The position numbers were made by a program, and so were the translations under genes. Of a stretch of DNA of 64,000 nucleotides, positions 12,783 through 25,293 are shown in pieces. Positions within the stretch are counted from its first letter, which is position 1. Each line of letters opens with the position of its first letter. The stretch spans positions 49,352,001 through 49,416,000 of the forward strand of contig NC_092344.1 in NCBI RefSeq assembly GCF_963676685.1, read 5' to 3'. This stretch comes from Mytilus edulis. Lineage: Eukaryota. The notes below the pieces were generated by a model. That model had not been told where the DNA came from and ran no database searches. It was given only the letters and a program-made list of their open reading frames with translations.

Positions 12783-13858
12783 GAAAAATCTGCTAAATAC
12801 AAAAACCCACAGAAACTACAGTGTTATGATGCAAATGACGCACTTGTTTAACATGTCAGATGATTTATTATTTACAAACCACAAAGACATAATTGCTAGA
12901 GAGAAATGACATGCCATAAGTGTGTCGGTTTTAACTTTTAAACTATTTCCTAGTTGAGGTCAATAGCCTTCACCAATCTATGTTTCAACCTTTTACAAAA
13001 TATAGTGAAAACTTTATATTTTCAAGAGACCTCCTCTTTCATTTATAGAATTTATTTATTGTGCATTAACCTAAACTACACATCGTATGACTTATTTCAT
13101 CTTCCCGAGGCTTTCATTTTCATTTTCATTTTCTATGGTTTTGTTTCAATATACAGAAATATAGATGAGAAAATATAGTTGCTCCTTTGATTTATATCGA
13201 CAGACGTTTTTGTTTATAGAAATACAAGTGAAATTTGATAAAAATGTGCAGAAAAATATAGAAAAACATGTTCTTCCTCTATGAAACATAACTTTAAAAA
13301 GAATAAAAATCTTACAAGTTACAAATATATATTATGTATTTGAAAAAAATCAATATTCTTGCTACCTAAACATCTTAAAAATATCATTGCTATTCTATGC
13401 TCACAAGAAAGCTGCTGTGCCTATGATAATCTGAAGGGATTTTAATCTGGCAGCAAGATCTGTTTACCCGTTTGGGACACCTGAGAAAAATCCAAACTTT
13501 CAGTGGAGTTTGTGTTGCCTGTGTTGCTCAGTCTTTAGTATTCTGGGATGGTTGTCTGTTTGTCTTCATATATTTAAGCAATGTCATTGTCAGATTATTA
13601 TCGCTTTATAAATTTAAATGCACTTCAGTATTCTTCGTCTCTCCTTATCTCTACGTTCCGCTATATAGATGACGTTCTTTCACTAAATAATTCAAAAATT
13701 GGTGACTATGTTGAAAAATCTATCCCATCGAACTAGAGATAAAGGATACACCAGAAACAGTTATGTCGGTTTCATATCTTGACTTATATCAAGAAATTGA
13801 CAATGAGGGTCGGTTGAAAACAAAACTTTACAACAAAAGAGATGATTTAAGTTTTCCA

Positions 13859-14326
13859 GGTGTAATACCACCATTGATTTCCCCTTTTAAATGTATTAGT
13901 CTTTGTTAAATTTGCCCTTTTCAAAAAAAATGTATAGAACTTATCTTTGTTTCAAATAAAAAAATACTTGGCATGAGTAAAGTTTTATTCGGTCCAGTAC
14001 TATAGAAAAAAATCCACATAACATTTCATTGCTTATAAGAAAATAACCATCATTGGAAGTTAACCAATCAAATTTCTCCCCTTATTTTATCTGTGTACAA
14101 GGTTTAGTCAGCATGTAACCTCAAGATAACAACATTTTCTTTAGAAATCCAAAATAAAAAATAAGGGTGTTTTGAAATACCCAAGACAAATGTTTATGAC
14201 ACAGAAATGTTTTTACTGCAATAAAATGTAGAAATAATTACCTACAACTGTCAAATTCAAGGGAACATTTTTAGACCTACTTTCGTATACAACCGGATGT
14301 GACGTACTATGATTTTGTATTACACC
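13859..14326. mobile_element. MITE (468 bp)
   Basis: TIR ggtgtaatac/gtattacacc flanked by a tcca duplication (an 11-bp TIR with cc duplication fits equally well). It interrupts the RT coding sequence exactly. Confidence 0.8.
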
Positions 14327-14640
14327 TCCAATCGTGAACTTTCCATTCCTAAGTAGCAACATTCCAGCAGCACCTGCATACGGGGTATATATCTCCCAAT
14401 TGATACGATATTTCCGTGCCTGCATTTCCTATCATAATTGTCTTGATAGAGGGTTGCTGATCACAAGGAAACTATTAAACTAAGAGTTTCAAATTGTAAA
14501 GTTGACATCATCCCTTCACAAATTTTACGGACGCCATCACGAGTCTGTTGACCGTTATGGAATAACCATTTCATAAATGATATCGGATATATTCTTTACG
14601 TCGCAACTACAATCCCCTTCCCTTTCATGAATGTGAGCTA

Positions 14641-17600
14641 TAGTGCGGTGACTGAAGGCAGATTTTTTTTAATTTAATCTCCCCACCGAACACACACCTA
14701 TATAATATATCATTGGAAAGAGGAAATCGTGTACTATAATAATATGCCTGTCGTCAAGACTTGATATGGTCACATTTTTTTTAAATTGAGGTCAAAGGTC
14801 ATATGTAAAAATCTGTGAAAATTTGGGAGGGTTTCAATTTTGACATTTTTGTATATTTCTAAACTCTACCTAAATACAAATGATACTGTTTTGGCTTTAG
14901 TAATGTTTGTTATTATACATAAACCTTAATCATTGAGATTTTTTTATCAAAAAAAATCATAAAACGACGTTTTATAAACAAAACTTTAAAAATCAAGTTT
15001 TCAACCTATAAAATGTTTAGAGCACCTTAACCTTATGACAAATTTCAAATTCAGGTAAACATCAAGTGTCATGCAGGACAACACTTTAAAATTATTTTTT
15101 AAACCATCATATTGGGTGAGATATGAAACCAAAGCAATAGAACACTACAGTCAAATATGACCTCAAATTGAATTTGCGGATACTTTATTTTTTTTTAAAG
15201 ACTACTCGTTGCTTTTGGTTTTTTTCATAATTATTACTGCTTCCATAGTATTATCTGTTGTTGTGTATTTTACTCTGGTTAAAATCTATTACATTATAGG
15301 TTTTGTACCTATATATCCCCCCTTTTTTTCCTTGCAACGTACCACAAACTTCAAAAGTATTCCATATAAAAAAAAGAAGATGTGATATGATTGCAAATGA
15401 GACATAAATTAACTTACAATTATAGGTCCCGTACGGGCTTCAACAATGAGTAAAAAATTAAATTCATACTGCATAGTCTTCAATTCCCGAAACAAATAAT
15501 GTAAAACAAACGAAAAATCTAACGGCCCGATTAATGTACAAAATGAATAAAAAACAAATAGAAACAAACGACAAACACTGCATTACCATCTCGTGACTTG
15601 AAACTGACACATACAGAATGTGGCCGGGTTAAACTTTTTTAAGGGCGCACCAACACTCCCCAAACCTGGGTATACCAGTGCAACAAGCTTTATACCAAAT
15701 CAACCGTTATCTTCATCATCTTCATTTTCATCAACCGTCACAAGACATGTTTTAATATTTCTACTCATTTCACTCATGGCCACATGTCTGCACATGAAAG
15801 GTTCTGCTCACAGCAAACACGTTATTTTGAGTTTTTCTTTACAAGTATAGACAAGGTATTGTAGGAAGTCCGAAGACATTTGTTCCTAAAAAAAATACCA
15901 GCTTCAAACCATCCCTATCAATTCATCCAAGATTTAACAGAGATCTAAAAGGGGGTTTAGGAAGGTGTGATGACATCCATATGCGTGTCTGTAAAGATGC
16001 TGAGGAATCATTATACGAGATGAACACACTATCTTGAATTCGATCAATGTCATGGTTTGCAATACATCAGATAGTGTCGCACTTTACTTTAAGAAGCATA
16101 ACGTCCATTGGCATTCAATGTTTCAACAAGGTGTTTTGAACTAAACTCATGGTACATTTGTAAAGCCAATCCTAAATAAAAAAGAGTAAAACAAAATTGG
16201 CCACACACACGATTGACTTAACAATTTCTTAGCATTGACGCAGTTTCTCTGGTGCCATTTCCTGAGAATAGTCTTGGCTGTATGCAGTTTCATCGAGTAA
16301 CTATAAAATGAATTGCAATAAATACGAAGGCATTGACTGAATTGAAGAAGGAAGAGACAATTCATTCGAAGTTGGGTATTCTTCTTTAGAGTTTCGATGT
16401 CTTTTCTAAGTATACTTGCAGCGGAATGAAATATCTGTCCGTTATGTGTGTCTATTACCGTTGACATTAAGATTTTGAGGTCAGTTTTCAATTGCCTAGC
16501 AGCTGATATTGCATCTCAAATAGTTATTTTGCTACTATATATTATGTTATATTTGCCTTGAACTTGTTGTTTGACAACTGAATTTCAATAGAAATCAATA
16601 AGTTTAGACCGCATGTTAAAAGTAGAATATTTTAAATTAGAGTAGATCTGTATTTATCAAGTAACGGTGTCACGAGGAATGACCATTAAATCGTTGTCAA
16701 TAGCCAAAATAAAATTAGTAAAAGCAGTATCGTGATCTGAGATATCTGCTTCCACGGGTTTGGACTTTTTTGGGTCTTTTCTCGTTTTTAGCAAATGATT
16801 TGTAATGCAACCAAAATGACAGAGTGCTTGAAGTTTAAAAGATGGACGGAAAAACAATTTCAATTTTAACTTTGTCTGACACGGATAAAACATTCTTCAT
16901 ACGCTCATCTGATTCAAACTTGCGTAGTTTTTATGATATTTCTAAAATGTTTTGTTGCAACAAAATGTACAAGCGCTCCAGTTGAACGACTGCATTCTAG
17001 AACGCATACAAATACTCGAAACTGTGGGACAACAGTCCGATAATTGTATGTCGTCATTAAATATCAGATAAGAAGCTTCCTCGCTCTAAAAGGGGGCACA
17101 AATATGTTAACTTTTGTAACTTTTGTACCATGAACGATGGTAAACTGCCTGCACGGAGTTCTTCGAATTAACAGCTATCGCATGAAATCATAGGCACTTG
17201 TTTCTGTCAATATGGGGTTTGCTATCCATACCCGTACGGGTGATTTTTCGTACGGGTATGGATAGTAAACCCATATTGACAGAAACAAGTGCCTTTTCAT
17301 GAAACATGTTCACCTCATCCAATCTTTTATTCGATGCAGATACAAAAATCGACTTCCCTATATGGTTAAATTGACTCAAAATTTCAGTCGAGTTTTTTTT
17401 TTGCATATTAAGCACTGCATAAAATTGAACGACTTTATTCTTTTCTTTTAGACTTATTGGAGCAAGTTGCAACGGACTTCACATATCACGGAATATTTAC
17501 TGAAACTATCCGTCAATTATTTTGATTTTACAATAAGACTTTTCTGACAAAGTATATTTGATGTTTTGTAACAAAAAACATAGAATATAAACATATACAA

Positions 17601-18284
17601 ACAAAGTATGTGGCATATATGTGCACTTTAATTGAAAATATGTGTATATAATAACGAAAAAGGTAGTAATTCCATCTATCAGTTGAGAGCAAATTATTGA
17701 CTAATACACAAAATGTGACGGAAGGCAAGTGATTAAGTTCCGTGTTGAAATTGAAGTTTTTAATCCATTCTTTTTCCATTGATTTCTTAAGGTTTTTTTC
17801 ATATTTTGGTTCCGAAAATTTTATCACTTATTAGTTTTATGAAATACTATATGCTTAAAATATCATGGGATAATTTTTATTACTGCTATGAAGAAGAAAC
17901 CAAAGTTTGTGTCTGAATTTGCAATTAAAATTACCTCAATTTTAAACAGTCCAAACTTCGCAAATTTTATAGATTAGAAGAAAATAAAATACTAAATAGA
18001 ATATTTTGACATATAAAAATGGCTTCAGGAAAAACTATTTCAATTAAATGTGAGAAAACATACACATTTTTTCAATTTGAAAAAGGGGGGTTGAAACTTT
18101 CCAATATACTACTAGTCATTAAAACGATTTTTTAGAAAAATGTGACCGTACGAAATTCTGACGACAGGGCAAAAACTAAAGAAGACATATTTGTCTTTCA
18201 GTTAAGACCATTTTTAGTCGTGTGTTATTTGGGGAGATTAAACTCGCGATCTAGACGATTTTTTACACTTCTGTCACCGCACTA
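14641..18284 (-). mobile_element. Degenerate DNA transposon, probably Academ superfamily
   Basis: TIR tagtgcggtgac.gaag / cttctgtcaccgcacta, a 3-bp TSD cta and TAG..CTA termini. Fragmentary minus-strand coding remnants lie at about 15.7-17.0 kb. The superfamily is inferred from the termini. Confidence 0.7.
17192..17294. repeat. Near-perfect long hairpin (about 46-bp arms)
   Basis: aggcacttgtttctgtcaatatgggg..catacccgtacg / cgtacgggtatg..cccatattgacagaaacaagtgcct. Confidence 0.9.
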
Positions 18285-19169
18285 CTACCGAATAAGACTA
18301 ACATGAGATACACGACGGGTGCCATATATTGAGCAGGATCTACTTCCCCTTTCGGAGCACCTGAAATCATCCCTAGTTTTTTGTGGGGTTTGTATTGATT
18401 ACTCTTTAGTTGTCTATGTTTTGTCATATGTACTATTGTTTGTCTGTTTGTCTTTTGCATTTTAAGCCATGGCGTTGTCATTTTATTATCGATTTATGAG
18501 TTTGACTGTCCCTTTGGTATTTTTTCCTCTCTTGTACATGTTGTATGATCATTACAGATAAAGTTTCTAAAGATAATTGATAGTTTTGAAATGAAAAAGA
18601 AAAAAATAATAATGAAATAACAAGAGTTAATGTTGCTGCCGAACTTTTGTAGTTTTGTGGTCTGTTGTGCGTACATGTTTTTTGCCCTAAACTTAAGATC
18701 GTAATTAAAGGAAATATAGGGCATAAGAACTATTTTCCTTATGTTCAGCTTGGCATTCAATATACTGTATGTTGATATCTTTCATAGAACGTTAAAGTTA
18801 TCCTCCAATGAAGTGATACAGAGCACTTTTTCCCGTCTTGTCAAAAATTTATGAAATGTATTTCACTATAATCAAGAGGGTATGAGATAATGTTCAAAAC
18901 CTAATAAATAGACGGATATAGGCTTTCTGAATGGATGTTAAATCGTTGATGTTAATCATTGTGGATCAGCAGTCATAAAAAACTTAATCCACCTTATACT
19001 TTTTTTCAAATCACGCTGTTATCGTTATTTCATTTCAATGACGCTGTTATCGACATTTCCTTTTAAATTACGTTTTTATCGACATTTCAATTATAGTTAT
19101 GTATCTTAAATGTATTCATTTTAGTAGAAAGACAAATCATTAACTGTTTTTTTCCTTCATTTCATAAGT

Positions 19170-19755
19170 ATAAATTATTCCAAATAATAAGGATGTTCTT
19201 CTCCCATGCAGAAAAACCTCAACCGTATTGGTCACAACTTTTTGGACCTTTTGGTCGTCAGTGCTCTTCCAACTTTGTTCTTGGTTTGACTTTCGAACTT
19301 TTTTCATCTGAGCGTCACCGGTTAGTCTTGTGTGGACGAAACGCATGTCTGGCATATTCAAATTAAACCTGGTACCTTTTGTTAGCTATTATTCGTGTGT
19401 TTCTCGGTCTTATATTTTCTCCCATTTATTTGTATTGTTATCCTGTCATGTAATGTTGTCATTTCAATGTTATATTTAACATTGTCATTTAGGCGGGAGG
19501 TTTGGCATGATACAAAACCAGGTTCAACCCACCATTTTTTTCTTAAAATGTCCTGTACCAAGTCAGGGAAATATCCATTGTTATATTATAGTTCGTTTCT
19601 GTGTGTGTTACATTTTAATCTTGTGTCTCTGTTGTGTCGTAGTTTTCCTCTTATATTTGATGTGTTTCCCTCAGTTTCAGTTTGTAACCCGAATTTTGTT
19701 TTCTCAATCGATTTATGAATTTCGAACAGTGGTATACTACTGTTGCCTTTATTTA
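19170..19755 (+). mobile_element. Retrozyme-like interspersed repeat with degenerate hammerhead (about 19310-19355) and twister-like motif (about 19478-19582)
   Basis: gagcgtcaccggttagtcttgtgtggacgaaacgcatgtctggc, followed by gcgg-GAGGT..aaccaggtt-CAA-ccc-ac-catttt..aaaatg-t-cctg-TACCAAGT-cagg. Boundaries are approximate. Confidence 0.55.
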
Positions 19756-20620
19756 TATTAAAAATATTGAAGTTTTGTGAATATCATTTATGTCTAAGTG
19801 AGCAGAAAGAAAAAAATGAATGAAATATGATATTTGATAGGAAAATTACAATCAAATTTAATATATAGTAACAGCTGTATAACTGATCTTTTAAAATATA
19901 TCATACTAGCCACTTCAAACATCTTTTTATTCAGCTAAAATGCTTGATTGAATTTTAATGTATGGAATTAAATTCATACCTGATTTACCTTTAGAAATTG
20001 GAAACTTTCATATAACATTCATGAAAGTACAAATGTAGCCCTATCTTTTGCACTAATAAAAACATAGGGTCATGCGGCATTTTTGGGCATTCACATGGCC
20101 TTGTTTACAAACAATGTAGATTCGCACTGAATTCCTATACTGACCCCCATTACTTTTCAACCCTGTAGGAAAAAATTTAGTACATTCAGCATTTATTTTT
20201 TTATTTTTTTTCAACTCTAGTTTTGATCCATCTGCCAAAAAATATTTATAACAAACATTATCAACCAATCAGAAGAGCATATGACTTCAGTGTTATCCAG
20301 AAAGCTCTCCCCTAAATGGGCGGTCCCTGATGACGTATATTTATTTACTGAATTTACCCCTTTAAAGTACTAAACATAAAAAAGAACATGTGGTGTGTTT
20401 GCCAATGAGACAACTCTCCACATCAAACCAAATGACGCAGACTTTAACGACTATAGGTCACCGTACGGTCTTCAACAATGAGCAAATCGCATACTACATA
20501 GTCAGTTATAAATCGCCCTGAAATAACAAATTAATGTAAAAAAAAATCAAACGAGCAAACTAACGGCCTAATTTTTTTTTTTAAATCGGAACGAAAAACA
20601 AATATTTAACTCATCAACAA

Positions 20621-21459
20621 AAGGAGAGGGACGAAAGAAACCAAAGGGACAGTCAAACTCATCAATCTAAAACAAAAAGACAACGCCATGGCTAAAAATG
20701 AAAAACACAAACAAAAAACAGCACACATGACACAACATAGAAAACTAAAGAATAAACAACACGAACCCCTAAAAAAACTAGGGGTGATCTCAGGTGCTCC
20801 ACAAGGGTAAGCAGATCCTGCTCCACATGTGGTACCCGTCGTGTTGCTTATGTGATAACAAATCCGGTAAATAGCCTTAATTCGGTAGGTCACATTCATG
20901 AAAGGGAAGAGGATTGTAGTTGCGACGTAGGGAACATATCCGATATCATTTGTGAAACGGTTATTCCATAACGGTCAACCAACTCGTGATGGCGTCCGTA
21001 AAATTTACGAAGGGATGATTTCAACTTCACCATTTGGAACTCTTGGTTTAATAGTTTCCTTGTGAGCAGCAACCCTCTATCAAGAAAGTCCCGATAGGAA
21101 ATGCAAGCACGGGAATATCGTATCAATTGGGAGATATATACCCCGTATGCAGGTGCTGCTGGAATGTTGCTACTTAGAAATGGAAAGTTCACAATTGGAA
21201 AGCTGAAATCATCTCTTTTGTCGTAATGTGTTGTTTTCAACCGACCCTCTTTGTCAATTTCTAGATGTAAGTCAATGTATTGTCTTATATACAAGATATT
21301 GTCTTATATGTGTAAAACTTGACAAAAAACATAGAAATTATCTCCGACTTCGTTTAATTAAATCAAATTCAGAATAGAATGATTTTTACCCACACCAATG
21401 GTTCATCTATTTAAAAAAAATCAAATTCAGAGAAGAATGATTTTTACGCAAACTTATGG
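20621..21459 (-). mobile_element. Penelope-like family B 5'-truncated insertion (RT thumb ORF 20896..21294) plus captured local sequence
   Basis: DLHLEIDKEGRLKT..YDKRDDFSFPIVNFPFLSSNIPAAPAYGVYISQLIRY. Flanked by a tcaacaa duplication. The empty site is seen at about 51175 and 56712. Confidence 0.8.
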
Positions 21460-21881
21460 TCAACAACTGACAATCACTGAATTGAATTACAAGCTCATGA
21501 TTTGGGACAGGCATATACATACATATGTGGCGGGGTTAAACATGATAGCGGGATCCAAACCCTCCCCAAACCTGGAACAGTGGTGTAACAGTACAACATA
21601 AGAACAAACTATAGAAAAGGTCATCAGATGGATACAAATAGAAATATTATAAAATAAAACGGTTACATACTTGATGCTGTCAAGTTTTGTGAATTTTTAG
21701 GATTGTGTCATAAAATGTGTAAAACTTGACAAAAAACACAGAAATGATCTCCGACTTCTTTTGATTAAATCAGATTCAGAATAGAATGATTTTTACCCAC
21801 ACCAATCGTTCATCTATTTAAAAAAAATCAAATCCAGAGAAGAATGATTTTTACGCAATCTTATGATTCATCTATCTTTAA

Positions 21882-22581
21882 AGAGGCACTAGCTACGAGA
21901 TATATAAAAAATCTAAAGTTTGATTTTTTTTCTGTTTAATCAATAAAAAAAGTGAAATAGTGAAATAACAATTCGCTTTTTGCAGCCAAAAATGTTCAAT
22001 TTTGTCAAATTACGTTCAGAAACATTGATAATTAGTAATTCACTTGCAAGTGAATGAGTCGACCTATTTTAATCCGTATTCATGTGAACTTCAATTTAAC
22101 CCCTTGCTAGAGATTGACAACGCATGCATTGTACGTCTACTGGTTATTTAAAGAAAAGGAATGTCAACAATGAAAGTGAAACTACGGTCAATCATTTGAT
22201 TACTAGTTCGATGCACATGAAATCATTCTTATACGGTTAAAAACAATGACAAATACATGTATCTATTTTTAATCTATAAAAAAAAATAAAACAGACCTAT
22301 AAAAATCCAATTGCACGTGTTGGTTTAATCGATCTATATCTATTCATATCTTTATTTATGTTTACATCGCTTATACGGTCATCTGAGGTCAAATCGATAG
22401 TTAATTGATGGCGTCTGGACTAAAATACACACGAAACGAACCTATATATTATCTACCCCATGCTCTGTAAACTGTTTATTTTAGACTTTTGATAGTTTGG
22501 ATAAATATTTTACATTGTTATAAATCAAATATGAGAATTTGTGTCAAATTTGTGACCATGAATTTGACGGCTAGTGCCCCT
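21882..22581. mobile_element. Non-autonomous TTAA-target DNA transposon (Kolobok-like)
   Basis: ttaa|agaggcactagc ... gctagtgcccct|ttaa. The empty site tctatctttaaagacc is at about 57501-57516. Confidence 0.8.
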
Positions 22582-22921
22582 TTAAAGACCATAATATTTA
22601 AATGCATGTTTTTCCATGACAAACATCCTGACATATTCGCTATGGTTTAACATCATAACCATTGCAATATAGTTTTTTTCAATTTAAAACACGTCTCTTA
22701 AATGAATATTTAAACAAAACAATATGCAGAAAAAATAAACAAACCGCATTCAAGCATATTTTTTTTTAAATTTCAACAACATTTTCTGACCAAACCAATA
22801 TAACTTAGAATATTTTTTGGTTGTGGTTAGGCCATACGGGAGACTGTGGTTAAAGGTTTTAACAGATAAATTCAATGTAAGTATGACATTTAGAACTTGA
22901 TTAATGAACATATTTACAAGT

Positions 22922-23079
22922 ATTGCGAAACTTACGTCACACCTGCACTGAACCATTCATTTCCTCTATTACAGTTTATTTCCTCATATGGAGTGTATAT
23001 AAGACAGAAATAAATTTAAAACTTATCAAAACATTTCTGTACACCGTTAAATAACGATACGCATATATTCAAGGTAAGT
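22922..23079 (+). promoter_or_regulatory. Putative promoter and non-coding exon 1 of paralogue 3
   Basis: attgcgaaac (C/EBP-like), ttacgtca (CRE-like), two atttcct (ETS-like), TATATAAG at 22996-23003 and donor AAG|GTAAGT at 23073/23074. Confidence 0.7.
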
Positions 23080-23523
23080 TATTTGTCTATAATGAATTTA
23101 TTTTTCAAAATATAATAGATTATATTTTAATGTATGCAATTAATGTTTAATTTAAAGAACAACAACTCTATCTTGTTAAAACAATAGATTCGCAGTATAA
23201 GATATATGAATAATGATGATGATTATGATTTGAGCATGAAATATTTCTAGCAACGTCAAATCATCTAAAATCACGGATTCAAAAGATATAAGAATAGTCC
23301 TAATCAGTTAAAAACAATTCGAGGATTAACAGATAAATGTCTTTTTTCTTAATACTATAATGTATGGCAATAATACATTTTCCATGGTGAATCCTGCAGA
23401 TAAGTTTTGCAGTACTCGTTTAAGGCATCAGATATATTGAAAGAATACATTTTTTATTTTTTAGTGACATTTTCAAACCAATCAATTTTAGTTGCATTTG
23501 TTTTAATATTCATTCTAGGTATA

Positions 23524-25293
23524 ATGGAAGGGAAAGCTGTTATCATTTTCTTTGGCTTTATAGCATGTGCTTTTGCTGGTATGTATTTTATGACGTTATA
23601 TATTTTTATTATTATTCAAATCAGGATTTATACAAAGGAATAAGTCATGAGCAATCATTTTTAAAACTTTACAGACCAAATTTTTGTAAACAAACTATCC
23701 AAAGATTCTTTAAAAAATGATTAAAATACATGAATGTTAAAATTAACATACAAACAATGATACATCGTTTCAACACTTGGCTTATACGTTTACCATTCCT
23801 CATAAGGAAACAATCGCAGAAAACAAGGAAATTTGAAATCATTTAAGGAAAAAAATTGTAAAAGGAAAATCAAAAATGACGGATACATAACATAAGAATA
23901 CCTATCATATTATATTTAAAACGCAAACATGTTTTACGATTGGTGTTAGTAAATTAGAACAGCGGTTTTTGAGTTGGATATTTACTTGGATCTTGATATT
24001 ATTCAAATGAAGATTTATACAAAGGAATAAGTCATGAGCAAACATTATTAAAACATTACAACCCAAATATTTGAAAATGAAACAATCAAAAAATTCTTTA
24101 AAGAAGTTTATTAAATACATGAATGTTAGAATTAACATACAAAAACTGATACATCGTTTCGACACATTTTGAAATCATTTAAGAATAAAAATTGTAGCAG
24201 ACAAAGCGAAAATGACGAATACATAACATGAGAATACCTTATATATTGTATTTAAAGCACAAACATGTTTACAATTAGTGTAAGTAAATTAGAACAGCGG
24301 TTTTTAACTTGGAAATATAGTTAATAGAACATAGAGTAAAAACAAAAACACCTAATGTTTGGTCATTGTTAAGAAAATACAAAAAATACTCACTTCTAAC
24401 GATAAACCGTGAAAGTACTTATACTATATGTAATATTTATATAAGTAATACATTCTTTAAAAAACACTTTGGTTGTAAAACAAATATTGAAACCGAATAA
24501 TACTATAATCTGTTCTACATCACTGTTTAGATTTATGTAGACAAAATGCGCGTCTGTCTTATCAAATTAAAAGCCTGGTACCTTTCTTTTCGAATGAAAA
24601 TTCATATTTCAACATTTCTAATTAATATTTATTATTACAGTATATTCACCCAAAGGCGGGAAAGCTTGTGAAATTGAATGCTCTAGTCATTCAGAATGTC
24701 TAGATGGATACAAATGCCAAACCGAAGGATGTGATCGTATGTGCAGACCTGGAAGAGTAATCTTATCAAATGCAGTTGTCGGATCAGACATTATTACAGC
24801 TGGATGCGTTCAGAGATGTATGGACCGAGGTGGGCTAGGTTGCAGAAGTCTTTGTCAGCGTAGTGGGGATTTATTATCAGGAGGCCAAATCATTCGTAGT
24901 GGTTCCTTAGACAGTAGATTCAATGATGCCTTAGTAGATTCTATTCGGTCAGATAGTCTTGTTAGACATACCTCGTCAGTAGGTGATTCTATTCGATCAG
25001 GTAGTCTTGTTAGACATATCTCGCCAGTAGGTGATTCTATTCGGTCAGATAGTCTTCTTGGACGTATTTCATCAGTAGGTGATTCTATTCGATCAGGTAG
25101 TCTTGTTAGACATATCTCGCCAGTAGGTGATTCTATTCGGTCAGGTAGTCTTCTTGGACGTATCTCGCAAGTTGGTTCAATTTTACATAAAGGCTGTCAA
25201 AATACATGCATTTCACGAGGCTGCAACTTCAACGAGGAATGTGTCACACGAGATGGATGTTCTGTATGTGTTCGTGTCAAGACCTACGCATAA
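23524..25293 (+). CDS. Secreted cysteine-rich repeat protein, paralogue 3 (235 aa; join 23524..23578,24641..25293)
   Basis: Signal exon MEGKAVIIFFGFIACAFA and a GT..AG phase-1 intron. The next exon VYSPKGGKACEIECSSHSECLDGYKCQTEGCDRMC... is in frame with ORF 24739..25293. AATAAA at 25386-25391. Confidence 0.92.

Larger units (their letters stand above)
13650..18530 (+). mobile_element. Penelope-like retroelement family B relic, split in three by two DNA-transposon insertions (13650-13858, 14331-14640, 18288-18530)
   Basis: Translation FRYIDDVLSLNN..SYLDL..IDNEGRLKTKLYNKRDDLSFP|IVNFPFLSSNIPAAPAYGVYISQLIRY, including the RT YIDD motif and thumb region. The pieces rejoin colinearly with the reverse complement of 20621-21275. 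Confidence 0.8.

Noticed and set aside
12341-12909. Three long ORFs
   Set aside because: Artefacts of reading through the N gap.
20896-21294. Functional host gene
   Set aside because: 5'-truncated retroelement RT fragment with a TSD and visible empty sites.
23407-23643. Hydrophobic 71-94-aa ORFs around the signal exons (also 32599, 41438, 52540, 59060, 461)
   Set aside because: Intron read-through around the 55-nt coding exon. The frames are not conserved among copies.
24739-25293. Treating the 184-aa ORFs starting MCRPG as complete single-exon genes
   Set aside because: The frame is open upstream to a conserved acceptor and joins a signal-peptide exon, so that Met is internal to the first Cys domain.
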